Shown: in pieces, positions 30,513 to 40,234 of the stretch | Numbering within the stretch: position 1 is the first letter of the stretch | Layout of the letters: each line of letters starts with the position of its first letter | Origin: Minisyncoccota bacterium | Lineage (GTDB): Bacteria; Patescibacteriota; Minisyncoccia; Phycocordibacterales; PALSA-1337 | Assembly (NCBI GenBank): GCA_041671485.1 | Contig: JBAZBL010000006.1 | Coordinates: 6,539 to 70,538, forward strand | Reading direction: 5' to 3' | DNA: 64,000 nucleotides | Translations under genes and position numbers: made by a program | The notes under the pieces: model-generated | The model's database searches: none | The model's input: the letters and a program-made list of their open reading frames with translations, nothing else | Told to the model about the DNA's origin: nothing

Positions 30513-30715
30513 GTCCCCGAGAATAATTGTCATTCTGTGAATCGAGGACTGTTTGAGCGACTATAAATTGCTTGATAAAATGCGTATGTTGTGGGAATTG
30601 CTACGATACTAAGGCATTTCTAATGCCGAAGTATCGAGCAATTCAATAGCATTTTATCTAGCAATTTAAGGAGCGAGTTCCGCAGATTCACAGAATGACA
30701 ATTATTCTCGGGGAC
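30513..30715. mobile_element. 203-bp fold-back/MITE-like element with 31-bp perfect terminal inverted repeats
   Basis: gtccccgagaataattgtcattctgtgaatc (30513-30543) / reverse complement 30685-30715; inner nested stems. Confidence 0.7.
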
Positions 30716-30719
30716 ATTA

Positions 30720-31397
30720 TTAGTGTGCTAGAGAAATACCTAAAATTCTTTCAAATCCACTTTTTTGTAGTGTATCAATAGCTTCTTTCATCGTACTACC
30801 GGTAGTGATTACATCATCAATGACAATAATTGGTATTTTATTTTGATTTGTGTCATTTTTGATTTTATCTGCAAATATATCATCCACAGAAAATATTCCC
30901 TTTGCATCTGTCAGTCGGTCAGTACGATCTTTGAGTGTTTGCCGATCGGCATGATGAATACGTCTCAAAAGTTCTTTTTCAATCACAAATCGTTTTTCTG
31001 TATCAAGCCTTGCAATTTCATCGGCCAATAATTCACATTGATTGTATCCACGTTCGTTTTTCCTCCTTTTTGTTATTGGTATAGGGATTATGATTCGTGT
31101 ATTCTCTTTTACGAGGTCGGACCTCGTGATCTCAATAAGCTTGCTATAAAGTGCATAACCACCTATCTCTGTCGCTCGTTTAGACTTCTTGTATTTGATA
31201 TTCCATATCAATCTTGTGACACGATCATCTTTATAGGCAAAGGTGGATCTCATATTTGTAAAAGGAGTTTCTGGAGCGCGAGGTAATATCTCCAATGCCT
31301 GTTCTGGCGATAGAGAAAACAACTCTTTTTCTGATTTTGTAGAAGGAAAAAGAGCTTCTAGCATTGTCTTATATATGGTAGTCAGAAAAGTTATCAT
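30720..31397 (-). CDS. comF: ComF family phosphoribosyltransferase-like competence protein
   Basis: IPIP...RGYNQ, VIDDVITTGST. Confidence 0.92.
   Translation of the reverse strand: MITFLTTIYKTMLEALFPSTKSEKELFSLSPEQALEILPRAPETPFTNMRSTFAYKDDRVTRLIWNIKYKKSKRATEIGGYALYSKLIEITRSDLVKENTRIIIPIPITKRRKNERGYNQCELLADEIARLDTEKRFVIEKELLRRIHHADRQTLKDRTDRLTDAKGIFSVDDIFADKIKNDTNQNKIPIIVIDDVITTGSTMKEAIDTLQKSGFERILGISLAH
31109..31129. repeat. REP-like hairpin inside comF (encodes TRSDLV)
   Basis: ttacgaggtcggacctcgtga, same family as 1409, 10835 and 34139. Confidence 0.75.
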
Positions 31398-31450
31398 AAG
31401 TTAATCACTTCTACTTTTACACTTTTGGAGTTAAAATATCAAGTATAATT

Positions 31451-34141
31451 ATGAAAAAATATTTTGTTATTGTTTTCTCTGCAGTTTTTATCTTTTTGGA
31501 ATTGTATTTTTTGCCGACAGATGCACTTGCACAATGTTCAGGAAGTCCTGATCTTGCAACTCATGCGAGTGAACAGATTGACAGTAGAATAAGCCAAGCA
31601 TCTTCAGGGACTGGTCTCAATTTATTTTCTGATTTTATGTCAACTCTCAATATGACCGGCGCACAACTTGTTTCTCTCACCGATAAACCAAACTCAATGC
31701 AAGAGAACATTGATTCATGGGCAAAGAAGGGAATACCTCTTGATTTTACTGGAGTAGCTACATGGAACGATTGGAATGGATCATCAAATCCTGTTTATCA
31801 GGGCGCGGCTACTCTTATTACACCTAGACATTTTGTAACTGCTACCCACATTAAACTACCCGTTGGAACAAAAGTCACATTTATCAAACCAGATGCGAGT
31901 ACTACTACAAGAATAGTTACTGGTTTTGAGAATATACCAAATAGTGATGTGACTGTAGAGGTGCTTGATAGCGATGTTGATCCCTCCATAAAGTATTACA
32001 AAGTAATAGATATTACAACTTTTTGGAGTCTTCTATCTAAGAATGTTCTTGAAGGGTCTTCAGAAGTTCCAATTGCTGTTTTTAACCAAGGACGACAGCC
32101 TTTTATACATTCCTTGGGTGTAAATTTGGCAAATCCATATAATAAAAATCCATACAATAGTATTCCGCATTATCCAAGTTCTATAAGAGCGAGTTTTAGT
32201 TCTTATGTAGGACCTGGTGATTCTGGTCAACCGGGATTTTTGATTGTTGAAGACACGCCAATACTTCTTTTTGTAAATACAACTAATACTGAAGGGTCAA
32301 ATGTTGGTTCTCGCATTACAGAGATCAATCAAGCTATCAATTCTCTGGGAAGTGGTGGTTATAGCGCAACTCTATATAATTCATCTTGTTTTACAAAATA
32401 CCCGATTACTCCTACTGTCACTTCTATTTTAACAGACGTTGGTTCTATTAGTTGTCTCCAAAATACGCCAACCTGTAGAATGACAATATTTGGTATTGGA
32501 TTCACATCTCAAAATAATACAGTTAAAGTTGGTATATTAGATATTGGTAATATCTCCTCATATAATAATGGTACTGCGATTGATGTTAATATTCCAACTG
32601 ATTTATCTGCTGGTACTTACAATGTTGTGATCTCTAATAGCGAGGGTACATCAAATCCAAAAATATTCATGATGCTAAATAATTCCTCATTTCCATCTAT
32701 CACATCTGTCTCTCCTTCATCTGGTCCAATGGGTTCAACAATCACTCTAATAGGTGCGAATTTCTCAATAAGTGGTACAAATAATATAAAATTTGCACCT
32801 ACTACAGGTTTTAAACCTGAAATTTCTCTTCAATCTACAAATGTAACTCAAAACGGAACTCGTCTTACAGCAACTCTTCCAAACGAAGATTATCCTGTAG
32901 GTACAGTATTTACTATTTGGATTGATAATGCCGAATTTGGCTATAGCGATGAAAATTCATCATATGAGAGAAATCCTAAAACATTTACTGTAGCTTTACC
33001 ACCACCAGTAGTAGAACAAGACACTACTCCTCCTGTTCGAAGTAATGGATTACCATCAAGCACTCTATCAGCCACAACAAATTCTACGAATGTCTCTCTT
33101 AGTACAAATGAATCAGCTGTCTGTCATTGGAGTAGTGGACCAAATAATACTTTTGATCAGATGTCAGGCAGATTTAACAGTTCCAATAATGGAACATCTC
33201 ATTCTGTGAGCGTTACTCTAACTCCTGGTAATTCATATAGTTATTACATAAAGTGTCGTGATCAAGCAGAGAATACAAATACTCAAGATTTTCCTATATT
33301 ATTTGCTGTTGCTAGTTTGCCAGCCGAAGAAAACCCTCCTTCCGATACTACTCCTCCAAATATCTCTATCAATTCTCCATTAAATAATGAATCGTTCGTT
33401 GAGGGTACAAAGACTATCAGTGTTTCTACTTCTGATAATGTGGGTGTAGTCGGTGTTCAATATTATCTAGATGGGACAAGGCTAGATTCCGAAAAGACGA
33501 CAGCACCTTGGACTATTACAAAAACTTTTACTCCTGGTACATACAGTATATATGCAATTGCTCGTGATGTGGCTGGTAATCGCAAGACATCAAATACTAT
33601 TATATTTAATGTAACTAAAAAACCAGTTGTTATTGTCCAACAACAACCAATCATTAATCCTCCAATTATAAATCCTATAAACACTCAACCACCAGTCATG
33701 CCTATTCAAGAAAATGATGAAGTTCCATTCAAGGCCGTTGCTACAGAGATCAATCGCAACCTTGCCCTAAATGATGAAGGTGAAGATGTTCTCCTATTAC
33801 AGAAAGTTCTTAATAAGCTTGGCTATGAAGTTGCTACCAATGGTCCTGGCTCTATTGGTAAAGAAACGACATATTTTGACAATAATACAAAAGAAGCACT
33901 TGCGAAGTATCAATCTGATCATTCTGAAGAAGGGATAGTATCTACTGGCATACTAGATAATGTAACTATGGCTATAATAAATGTCGAAGCAGAAAAGTTG
34001 ATCAAATACACAGAAGATGAAGCAACTTCTACAGATCAGATTCTGGATAAAAGAGTAGAAATAACATCAGTAGCGACTTTCTTTCTGTATATATTTGATA
34101 CATTAAGATTATGGGGATCTAGTATCATCAACTTGTTTTGA
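31451..34141 (+). CDS. Secreted trypsin-like serine protease with IPT/Ig-like and peptidoglycan-binding domains
   Basis: Signal peptide; HFVTATH, SDV, GDSGQP triad motifs; ITSVSPSSG; DTTPP Ig repeats; DVLLLQKVLN. Confidence 0.8.
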   Translation: MKKYFVIVFSAVFIFLELYFLPTDALAQCSGSPDLATHASEQIDSRISQASSGTGLNLFSDFMSTLNMTGAQLVSLTDKPNSMQENIDSWAKKGIPLDFTGVATWNDWNGSSNPVYQGAATLITPRHFVTATHIKLPVGTKVTFIKPDASTTTRIVTGFENIPNSDVTVEVLDSDVDPSIKYYKVIDITTFWSLLSKNVLEGSSEVPIAVFNQGRQPFIHSLGVNLANPYNKNPYNSIPHYPSSIRASFSSYVGPGDSGQPGFLIVEDTPILLFVNTTNTEGSNVGSRITEINQAINSLGSGGYSATLYNSSCFTKYPITPTVTSILTDVGSISCLQNTPTCRMTIFGIGFTSQNNTVKVGILDIGNISSYNNGTAIDVNIPTDLSAGTYNVVISNSEGTSNPKIFMMLNNSSFPSITSVSPSSGPMGSTITLIGANFSISGTNNIKFAPTTGFKPEISLQSTNVTQNGTRLTATLPNEDYPVGTVFTIWIDNAEFGYSDENSSYERNPKTFTVALPPPVVEQDTTPPVRSNGLPSSTLSATTNSTNVSLSTNESAVCHWSSGPNNTFDQMSGRFNSSNNGTSHSVSVTLTPGNSYSYYIKCRDQAENTNTQDFPILFAVASLPAEENPPSDTTPPNISINSPLNNESFVEGTKTISVSTSDNVGVVGVQYYLDGTRLDSEKTTAPWTITKTFTPGTYSIYAIARDVAGNRKTSNTIIFNVTKKPVVIVQQQPIINPPIINPINTQPPVMPIQENDEVPFKAVATEINRNLALNDEGEDVLLLQKVLNKLGYEVATNGPGSIGKETTYFDNNTKEALAKYQSDHSEEGIVSTGILDNVTMAIINVEAEKLIKYTEDEATSTDQILDKRVEITSVATFFLYIFDTLRLWGSSIINLF

Positions 34142-34161
34142 CGAGGTCTGACCTAGTAAAA
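34137..34161. repeat. REP-like hairpin overlapping the CDS stop
   Basis: tttgacgaggtctgacctagtaaaa. Confidence 0.6.
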
Positions 34162-34201
34162 CATCGTTGCTTCTTTCTTTTTTTGCTTATACAATATAGT
34201 T

Positions 34202-35299
34202 ATGTCGTTTTTCTCTTCATTTTTCAAGAAAGAAGTCAGCGTTCTAGGACTAGATATAGGTTCTTCGGCTATCAAAATAGTACAGATCAAGAAAAAACGG
34301 GGAAGAGCCGTTCTAGAGACTTATGGCGAATTGGCACTTGGTCCTTATGCAGGAGTAGAGATAGGCAGAGCAACTAGTCTACTAACAGAGAAGATAATAG
34401 AAGCAGTAAAAGATATATTACGTGAAGCAAAGACAACTACAGTATCGTGCGGTTCAGCATTACCACTATCTTCTAGTCTCATAACCTTTATCACAATTCC
34501 TGCTGTTTCAGAAAAACAGATTGCAGATGTTATAGCACTAGAAGCACGTAAATATATACCAGTACCACTTAGTGAAGTCATGATTGACTATTCTATAGTT
34601 CCACGCGAAGAAGCATATGCTACAGAAGACGAGACGACCAAAACAGAAAAAGCAGGTAGAGACGTACTTGTAATTGCAGTTCACAATGAATATATCAATT
34701 CGTATCAATCAATATTATCAGGCTCTGGTCTTGTGCCTAGCTTTTATGAAATAGAGATTTTCAGTTCGATCCGTGCTGTTATGGACCAAGGTCTTAGTAC
34801 AAGTATGATTCTCGATTTTGGCGCACGTTCTACCAAGCTATATATCGTAGAGCGTGGAATATTGCGTTCATCACATATCATCAATAAAGGCAGTCAAGAT
34901 ATCACTCTTGCATTGTCAAAAGCATTGTCTATATCTATAAGCGAGGCCGAAAACCTAAAGCGTGTCCGTGGTTTGAAAGGTGGACCAGAATACAAAGAGC
35001 TGACAGAGATCATAACTGTAAATCTTGATTATATATTTTACGAGGCAAATGCTACACTTTTGAGCTATCAAAAGAAATATTCCAAGAATGTAAGTAGAGT
35101 CATACTTACAGGTGGTGGAGTTTTACTCCAAGGATTCACTGATTTGGCAAAGGTCGGTTTCCAAACAGAAGTTTTGTATGCAAATCCATTTGCAAAACTA
35201 GATACACCAGCATTCCTGGGAGAAGAATTTGCAAAAGCAGGACCAGAATTTGCAGTTGCTATAGGTATTGCATTACGTAGATTGTCGGAAGTTGAATAA
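34202..35299 (+). CDS. pilM: Type IV pilus assembly protein PilM
   Basis: LGLDIGSSAIK, EARKYIP, LDFGA, ILTGGG, AVAIGIALR. Confidence 0.93.
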   Translation: MSFFSSFFKKEVSVLGLDIGSSAIKIVQIKKKRGRAVLETYGELALGPYAGVEIGRATSLLTEKIIEAVKDILREAKTTTVSCGSALPLSSSLITFITIPAVSEKQIADVIALEARKYIPVPLSEVMIDYSIVPREEAYATEDETTKTEKAGRDVLVIAVHNEYINSYQSILSGSGLVPSFYEIEIFSSIRAVMDQGLSTSMILDFGARSTKLYIVERGILRSSHIINKGSQDITLALSKALSISISEAENLKRVRGLKGGPEYKELTEIITVNLDYIFYEANATLLSYQKKYSKNVSRVILTGGGVLLQGFTDLAKVGFQTEVLYANPFAKLDTPAFLGEEFAKAGPEFAVAIGIALRRLSEVE

Positions 35300-35356
35300 G
35301 TTTACACAGGGTAGACCTGCGTATATACGCAGGTCTACCCTGTGTAAACTTATTCA
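35293..35356. repeat. GTAG-family REP doublet forming a perfect 64-bp palindrome
   Basis: tgaataagtttacacagggtagacctgcgtat|atacgcaggtctaccctgtgtaaacttattca. Confidence 0.95.
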
Positions 35357-35396
35357 CAGCGTAAAAAGACTTTATATCTGATATAATACACAAAGT

Positions 35397-36071
35397 ATGG
35401 AGACAAAATTCCAGACTTCTTTTATTCCAAGAAAGCCACTACCTTCTATAGGTGGTGTTGGTGCAAATGCAGGTGTCGGACTTGCACCACATAGGCCGAG
35501 ACATTCAAATAGTGTTTTCTTCAATCTCGCTTTATTGCTGTTTATCATATCTCTTGGTGCAGGAGGAGGAATGTTGGCACTCAAAAGTATGACTCTATCT
35601 TCGCAAGAAGGTCTCAAGACACAACTTTCCGAGAGAAGAAAACAGTTCAACCCTGATCTTATCGAAGAATTAAAACGCATAAATGTCAAAATAGACAATT
35701 CGAAACAAGTCGTAGAGAATCACCTCATATTATCCAATATATTTGATGTGATAGGAAGATTGACCATAGAAAAAGTCAGATTTACAAATATGGATCTTTC
35801 AGTTGATAGAGAACATTCAAATGATATAAAAGTATCTCTAAATGGTTATGGCACGAGTCTTGCTGCTGTAGCATTCCAATCTGATGTCTTGAATCAGCTT
35901 CAAGAATATGGTCTGCGCAAAATCGTAAAAAATCCAATGATTTCAAATCCAACATTGGATACTACTGGTAATGTCAATTTTGGATTTTCAGCATCTATAG
36001 ATCCTACAAGCCTCCGTTATACTGATGCATCAATATCTTCTACAACAGGAGATCAATACAACAATGAATAA
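35397..36071 (+). CDS. PilN-like protein
   Basis: QTSFIP N-terminus, TM helix, coiled coil, position after pilM. Confidence 0.7.
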   Translation: METKFQTSFIPRKPLPSIGGVGANAGVGLAPHRPRHSNSVFFNLALLLFIISLGAGGGMLALKSMTLSSQEGLKTQLSERRKQFNPDLIEELKRINVKIDNSKQVVENHLILSNIFDVIGRLTIEKVRFTNMDLSVDREHSNDIKVSLNGYGTSLAAVAFQSDVLNQLQEYGLRKIVKNPMISNPTLDTTGNVNFGFSASIDPTSLRYTDASISSTTGDQYNNE

Positions 36072-36645
36072 AAACGTTATAGCAACAATTTTATTTGTAC
36101 TTGCAATCGGGATTTATTTCTCATTTACTAGTAATAAATGGACAGAGATAAAGGCAATACGTGTTGTAAACAATCAATATTCCGAAGCCATTGCAAATTC
36201 TGACAAACTGATCAAGGTTCGTGATAAAGTCCTAAAAGAATACAATGCCTTGTCTGCCGAGGACAGAGATCGTTTGGACAAGATGATACCAAATACAGTA
36301 GATAATATTCGTCTCATCATTGATCTAAATAATGTTGCTTCAAGGCGTGGTATATCACTCAAAAATGTCAAAGCTGATACTTCGGAAGCTATTGGTGGAA
36401 CAGTTTCAAACTCTATTCCTAGTTCTATTGGCAATCGTGGAGAATATATTCCAACCCCTGTTCTTGATGAGGTCAATATATCATTTAGTGTTAGTGCATC
36501 ATATGAAAAATTTATAGATTTTATGCGTGATCTAGAGATCAATTTGCGAGTAATGGACTTGACCCATCTCTCTGTATCTGTAAATGAAAGTGGTATATAT
36601 GATTATGGTGTAGAGTTGTCAACTTATTGGTTGCGTCAACAATAA
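36064..36645 (+). CDS. PilO-like protein
   Basis: TM + coiled coil, LDKMIP, ASYEKFIDFMRDLE..LR. Confidence 0.75.
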   Translation: MNKNVIATILFVLAIGIYFSFTSNKWTEIKAIRVVNNQYSEAIANSDKLIKVRDKVLKEYNALSAEDRDRLDKMIPNTVDNIRLIIDLNNVASRRGISLKNVKADTSEAIGGTVSNSIPSSIGNRGEYIPTPVLDEVNISFSVSASYEKFIDFMRDLEINLRVMDLTHLSVSVNESGIYDYGVELSTYWLRQQ

Positions 36646-36647
36646 AA

Positions 36648-36944
36648 ATGAAAAATCAATCTTCAAAAAAATCATGGTTGATAATCAGTGGTATAATAAT
36701 AATTGCAATCATTGTTTATTTTATGTTCTTCTCTGGAACACCAGACATTGAAGATCAAACAATGTTGCAAATGACAAATGCTGAAGAAACAGGTATGGAT
36801 GTACTATCTCTTTTAAATCAGATTCAATCACTTAGGATAGATTCGGAATTCTTTGATAGTACGGTTTACAAATCTCTTCAGGATTATTCTGTTGCAATAC
36901 CAACACAGGATGTTGGCAGGGACAATCCATTTGCTCCAATCTAA
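36648..36944 (+). CDS. PilP-position small membrane protein
   Basis: TM helix, C-terminal GRDNPFAP. Confidence 0.65.
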   Translation: MKNQSSKKSWLIISGIIIIAIIVYFMFFSGTPDIEDQTMLQMTNAEETGMDVLSLLNQIQSLRIDSEFFDSTVYKSLQDYSVAIPTQDVGRDNPFAPI

Positions 36945-37001
36945 TAGATATTGTTCAAAGAATTACATTTATTCATGAATAATGTCTCATGAATCTATAA
37001 T

Positions 37002-38717
37002 ATGAGCATCCTCAATACACTTTTAGACAAAAAATTGATATCCAAAGAGGATATTCGCGCAATACAGAAGCAAATATCTAGCGGAGTTTCCATAGATGAA
37101 GCACTTATATCAATTGGTGTAAAACCAGAAGATATTTTGATTGCTCGTGGAGAATTTTTGAGTATTCCAGTAAGGTCTGTGCCAGAAGGTAGTGTACCAT
37201 TTGAAGCATTGGATTATATTCCAGAAGAATCAGCCACGCATTATAGATTCGTACCAATTGGTCTTAAGGAAGGAATGCTAGAAGTAGGTATAGTTGATCC
37301 TGACAATATGGAGGCGCGTGATGCAATAAACTTCTTGGCAGCAAAAAACAATATACCCTATAAAGTATTTCTAATTACACTGGATGATTTTAATAAGATA
37401 TTGGAATCATACAAAGGCTTGACTGGAGAGGTTTCCAAAGCTCTTACTGAACTCGAAACAGAGCTTTCCGATGAGACAGATACAGTCAAGAAGAAGAAAG
37501 AAGTTAGAGAAGAAAAGAAGCCAGAAGATGAGACTCTTATCATCGAAGATGCACCTGTTGTAAAGATTGTTGCGACAATAGTTCGTTATGCAGTAGAAGG
37601 AGAAGCATCCGATGTACATATAGAGCATGTAAGAGATAAAGTGAGAGTACGTTTTCGAGTAGATGGAATCCTAAATACATCTCTAGTTTTGCCACCACAA
37701 GTGCATTCAGCTGTAGTTGCACGTATAAAAGTGCTTTCAAATATGCGTTTGGATGAGAAAAGGAAGCCACAAGACGGCCGTTTCTCGGCAAGAATTGATG
37801 GTAGGCGTATAGATTTCCGTGTTTCTACATTCCCGGCTTATTATGGCGAGAAGATCGTTATGCGTATATTGGATCAAGCCAAGGGTATTCGTACACTAGA
37901 CGACCTCGGTCTCTCGAAGGAAAATCTCCAATTATTCCGCGATGCTATATCAAAGCCATATGGTCTTGTACTTATCACTGGTCCTACAGGTTCAGGAAAA
38001 TCTACAACTCTATATTCTGTACTTTCAGAGATAGATCGTGAAAGTTACAATGTATTGTCACTAGAAGATCCTGTCGAATATCAGGTAGAGGGAGTGAGTC
38101 AATCACAAGTAAGACCAGAGATAGGTTATGACTTTAGTACAGGATTGCGTACTACACTACGTCAAGACCCGGATATTATAATGGTTGGTGAGATAAGAGA
38201 TAAAGAAACAGCGCAATTGGCTGTTCAAGCTGCTCTTACTGGTCATTTGGTATTCTCTACATTGCATACCAATACTGCGGCTGGTGCAATACCACGTTTG
38301 ATTGACATGGGTGTAGATCCATATCTTATTGCCCCAACTCTGATCTTGGCCGTGGCTCAAAGACTAGTGTCTTTGATAGTTGGTGGTGAAGAAACAAAAG
38401 TCGAGGGAAGTATCAAATTGATGATAGAGCATCAATTTGCTGATTTGCCACAGCAATTCAGGTCGAAGATACCAGTTTCTGATACCGTTCTCAAGATAAA
38501 ACCTAGTTCAGAATGTCCAAAGGGCACACGAGGCCGTATGGCTGTATTTGAGATGTTTCCTATGGACAAAGATATAGAACAAGTAGTCCTCAAAAATGCA
38601 ACAGAAACAGAGATAACAAAGATACTTCGATCAAAGGGTGTATTTTCTATGAAGGACGATGCAATCATAAAGGCATTTGAGAAGAAAATACCATTTGAAG
38701 AGATAAATAAGCTATAA
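37002..38717 (+). CDS. pilB: Type IV pilus assembly ATPase PilB/GspE (copy 2)
   Basis: ASDVHIE, RKPQDGRF, GPTGSGKSTT, LRQDPDIIMVGEIRD. Confidence 0.95.
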   Translation: MSILNTLLDKKLISKEDIRAIQKQISSGVSIDEALISIGVKPEDILIARGEFLSIPVRSVPEGSVPFEALDYIPEESATHYRFVPIGLKEGMLEVGIVDPDNMEARDAINFLAAKNNIPYKVFLITLDDFNKILESYKGLTGEVSKALTELETELSDETDTVKKKKEVREEKKPEDETLIIEDAPVVKIVATIVRYAVEGEASDVHIEHVRDKVRVRFRVDGILNTSLVLPPQVHSAVVARIKVLSNMRLDEKRKPQDGRFSARIDGRRIDFRVSTFPAYYGEKIVMRILDQAKGIRTLDDLGLSKENLQLFRDAISKPYGLVLITGPTGSGKSTTLYSVLSEIDRESYNVLSLEDPVEYQVEGVSQSQVRPEIGYDFSTGLRTTLRQDPDIIMVGEIRDKETAQLAVQAALTGHLVFSTLHTNTAAGAIPRLIDMGVDPYLIAPTLILAVAQRLVSLIVGGEETKVEGSIKLMIEHQFADLPQQFRSKIPVSDTVLKIKPSSECPKGTRGRMAVFEMFPMDKDIEQVVLKNATETEITKILRSKGVFSMKDDAIIKAFEKKIPFEEINKL

Positions 38718-38736
38718 TTTGTGATACAATCTATAT

Positions 38737-39147
38737 ATGGATGAAAATATAAAAAAGAAAATAATATTTGTTGATGATGATAAATTCCTTCTAGATATGT
38801 ATGCAATGAAGTTTGCAAAAGCTGGATATGAAGTAAAAACTGCTGATAATTCTGAATCTGCTCTCAAAATGATTCGTGATGGTTATACACCAGATATTAT
38901 CCTTGCAGATATTGTTATGCCGGGCATGGATGGTCTAGAATTTATAGGGATATTACGTAAAGAGCATTTGGCTAGCGATTCTGTTGTCATTATGCTATCA
39001 AATCAAGGTGCATCTGAAGATATAGAGAATGCCAAGAAGCAAAATGTCAATGGTTATATAATAAAAGCGACTACTATACCATCTGATGTTTTGAAAGAAG
39101 TAGAAAAGATATACAAAGCAGGCCGTCAGGAACAGATACAAAAATAA
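38737..39147 (+). CDS. Single-domain response regulator
   Basis: VDDD, DIVMPGMDGLE, GYIIK; no output domain. Confidence 0.9.
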   Translation: MDENIKKKIIFVDDDKFLLDMYAMKFAKAGYEVKTADNSESALKMIRDGYTPDIILADIVMPGMDGLEFIGILRKEHLASDSVVIMLSNQGASEDIENAKKQNVNGYIIKATTIPSDVLKEVEKIYKAGRQEQIQK

Positions 39148-39166
39148 TATAATATCAATAAAAACT

Positions 39167-40225
39167 ATGGATCAAAAAAAAGAAATTGATGAATTGGTAG
39201 ATCTAATTTTGAAGGAGAATGCATCTGATCTGCACCTCTCTTCTGGTAGGCAACCTATCATACGTGTGGCAGGAGGACTTATACCACTGGTCAAAAAACC
39301 ACAATTGACCGATGAAGATATGAAGCAAATCCTCAATGTATTCCTGACTCCAGAAAATAAAATACTTCTAGAAAAAGACAAAGATGTTGATTTTTCATAC
39401 AGTCTCACAAATGCTCGATTTCGTGGCAATGCATACTATCGTCAAGGGTCTCTATCGATAGCTTTGAGACTAATACCAAAAGCAATCCGCTCTATATCCG
39501 AACTCAATTTGCCACCAATATTGGAGTCTTTTACTAGGAAAGCACAAGGTTTCTTCTTGGTTGTTGGACCAATAGGCCAAGGGAAGACCACCACTCTTGC
39601 TAGTTTGATAGAACTTATCAATCAGACTAGGACAGAACATATCTTGACTATAGAAGATCCAATAGAATATTTATTTGAATCTAAAAAATCAATTGTTGAT
39701 CAAAGGGAAGTGCGTTTGGATACACCAGATTTTCACAATGCTTTGACTGCCATGTTTCGTGAAGATATGGATGTATGTATGGTAGGTGAAATGCGTGATG
39801 TAAATACCATGGCAACGGCTGTTACTGCAGCAGAGACAGGACATCTCGTATTCTCTACATTGCATACGAACAATGCATCACAAACTATAAACCGTATTAT
39901 TGACTCTTTTCCTTCTACGCAACAAGATCAAATACGTGTACAATTGGCAGGCTCTCTTACAGGTATTTTCTCGCAACGTTTGATATCACGTATTTCTGGC
40001 GGTCTCATTCCTGCCTATGAGCTTCTTATCAACAATAATGCTGTGTCAAATCTGATTCGTGAAAAGAGAATACATGAAATACAGACTGTTATAGAGACTA
40101 GTTCTCAAGAAGGTATGGTAGATATGAATCGCTCTCTCTCTGAACTTGTTCGAACAGGGGAAATAACAGTAGAGAGTGCATATATGAATTCGTTAAATCC
40201 AAAAGTATTGGAGCGTATGCTATAG
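39167..40225 (+). CDS. pilT: Pilus retraction ATPase PilT
   Basis: ASDLHL, GPIGQGKTTT, EDPIEY, AAETGHLVFSTLHT, AVSNLIRE. Confidence 0.95.
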   Translation: MDQKKEIDELVDLILKENASDLHLSSGRQPIIRVAGGLIPLVKKPQLTDEDMKQILNVFLTPENKILLEKDKDVDFSYSLTNARFRGNAYYRQGSLSIALRLIPKAIRSISELNLPPILESFTRKAQGFFLVVGPIGQGKTTTLASLIELINQTRTEHILTIEDPIEYLFESKKSIVDQREVRLDTPDFHNALTAMFREDMDVCMVGEMRDVNTMATAVTAAETGHLVFSTLHTNNASQTINRIIDSFPSTQQDQIRVQLAGSLTGIFSQRLISRISGGLIPAYELLINNNAVSNLIREKRIHEIQTVIETSSQEGMVDMNRSLSELVRTGEITVESAYMNSLNPKVLERML

Positions 40226-40234
40226 AAAATTATT

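Noticed and set aside
34138-34377. 79-aa ORF beginning TRSDLVK
   Set aside because: It starts in a REP hairpin and overlaps pilM out of frame
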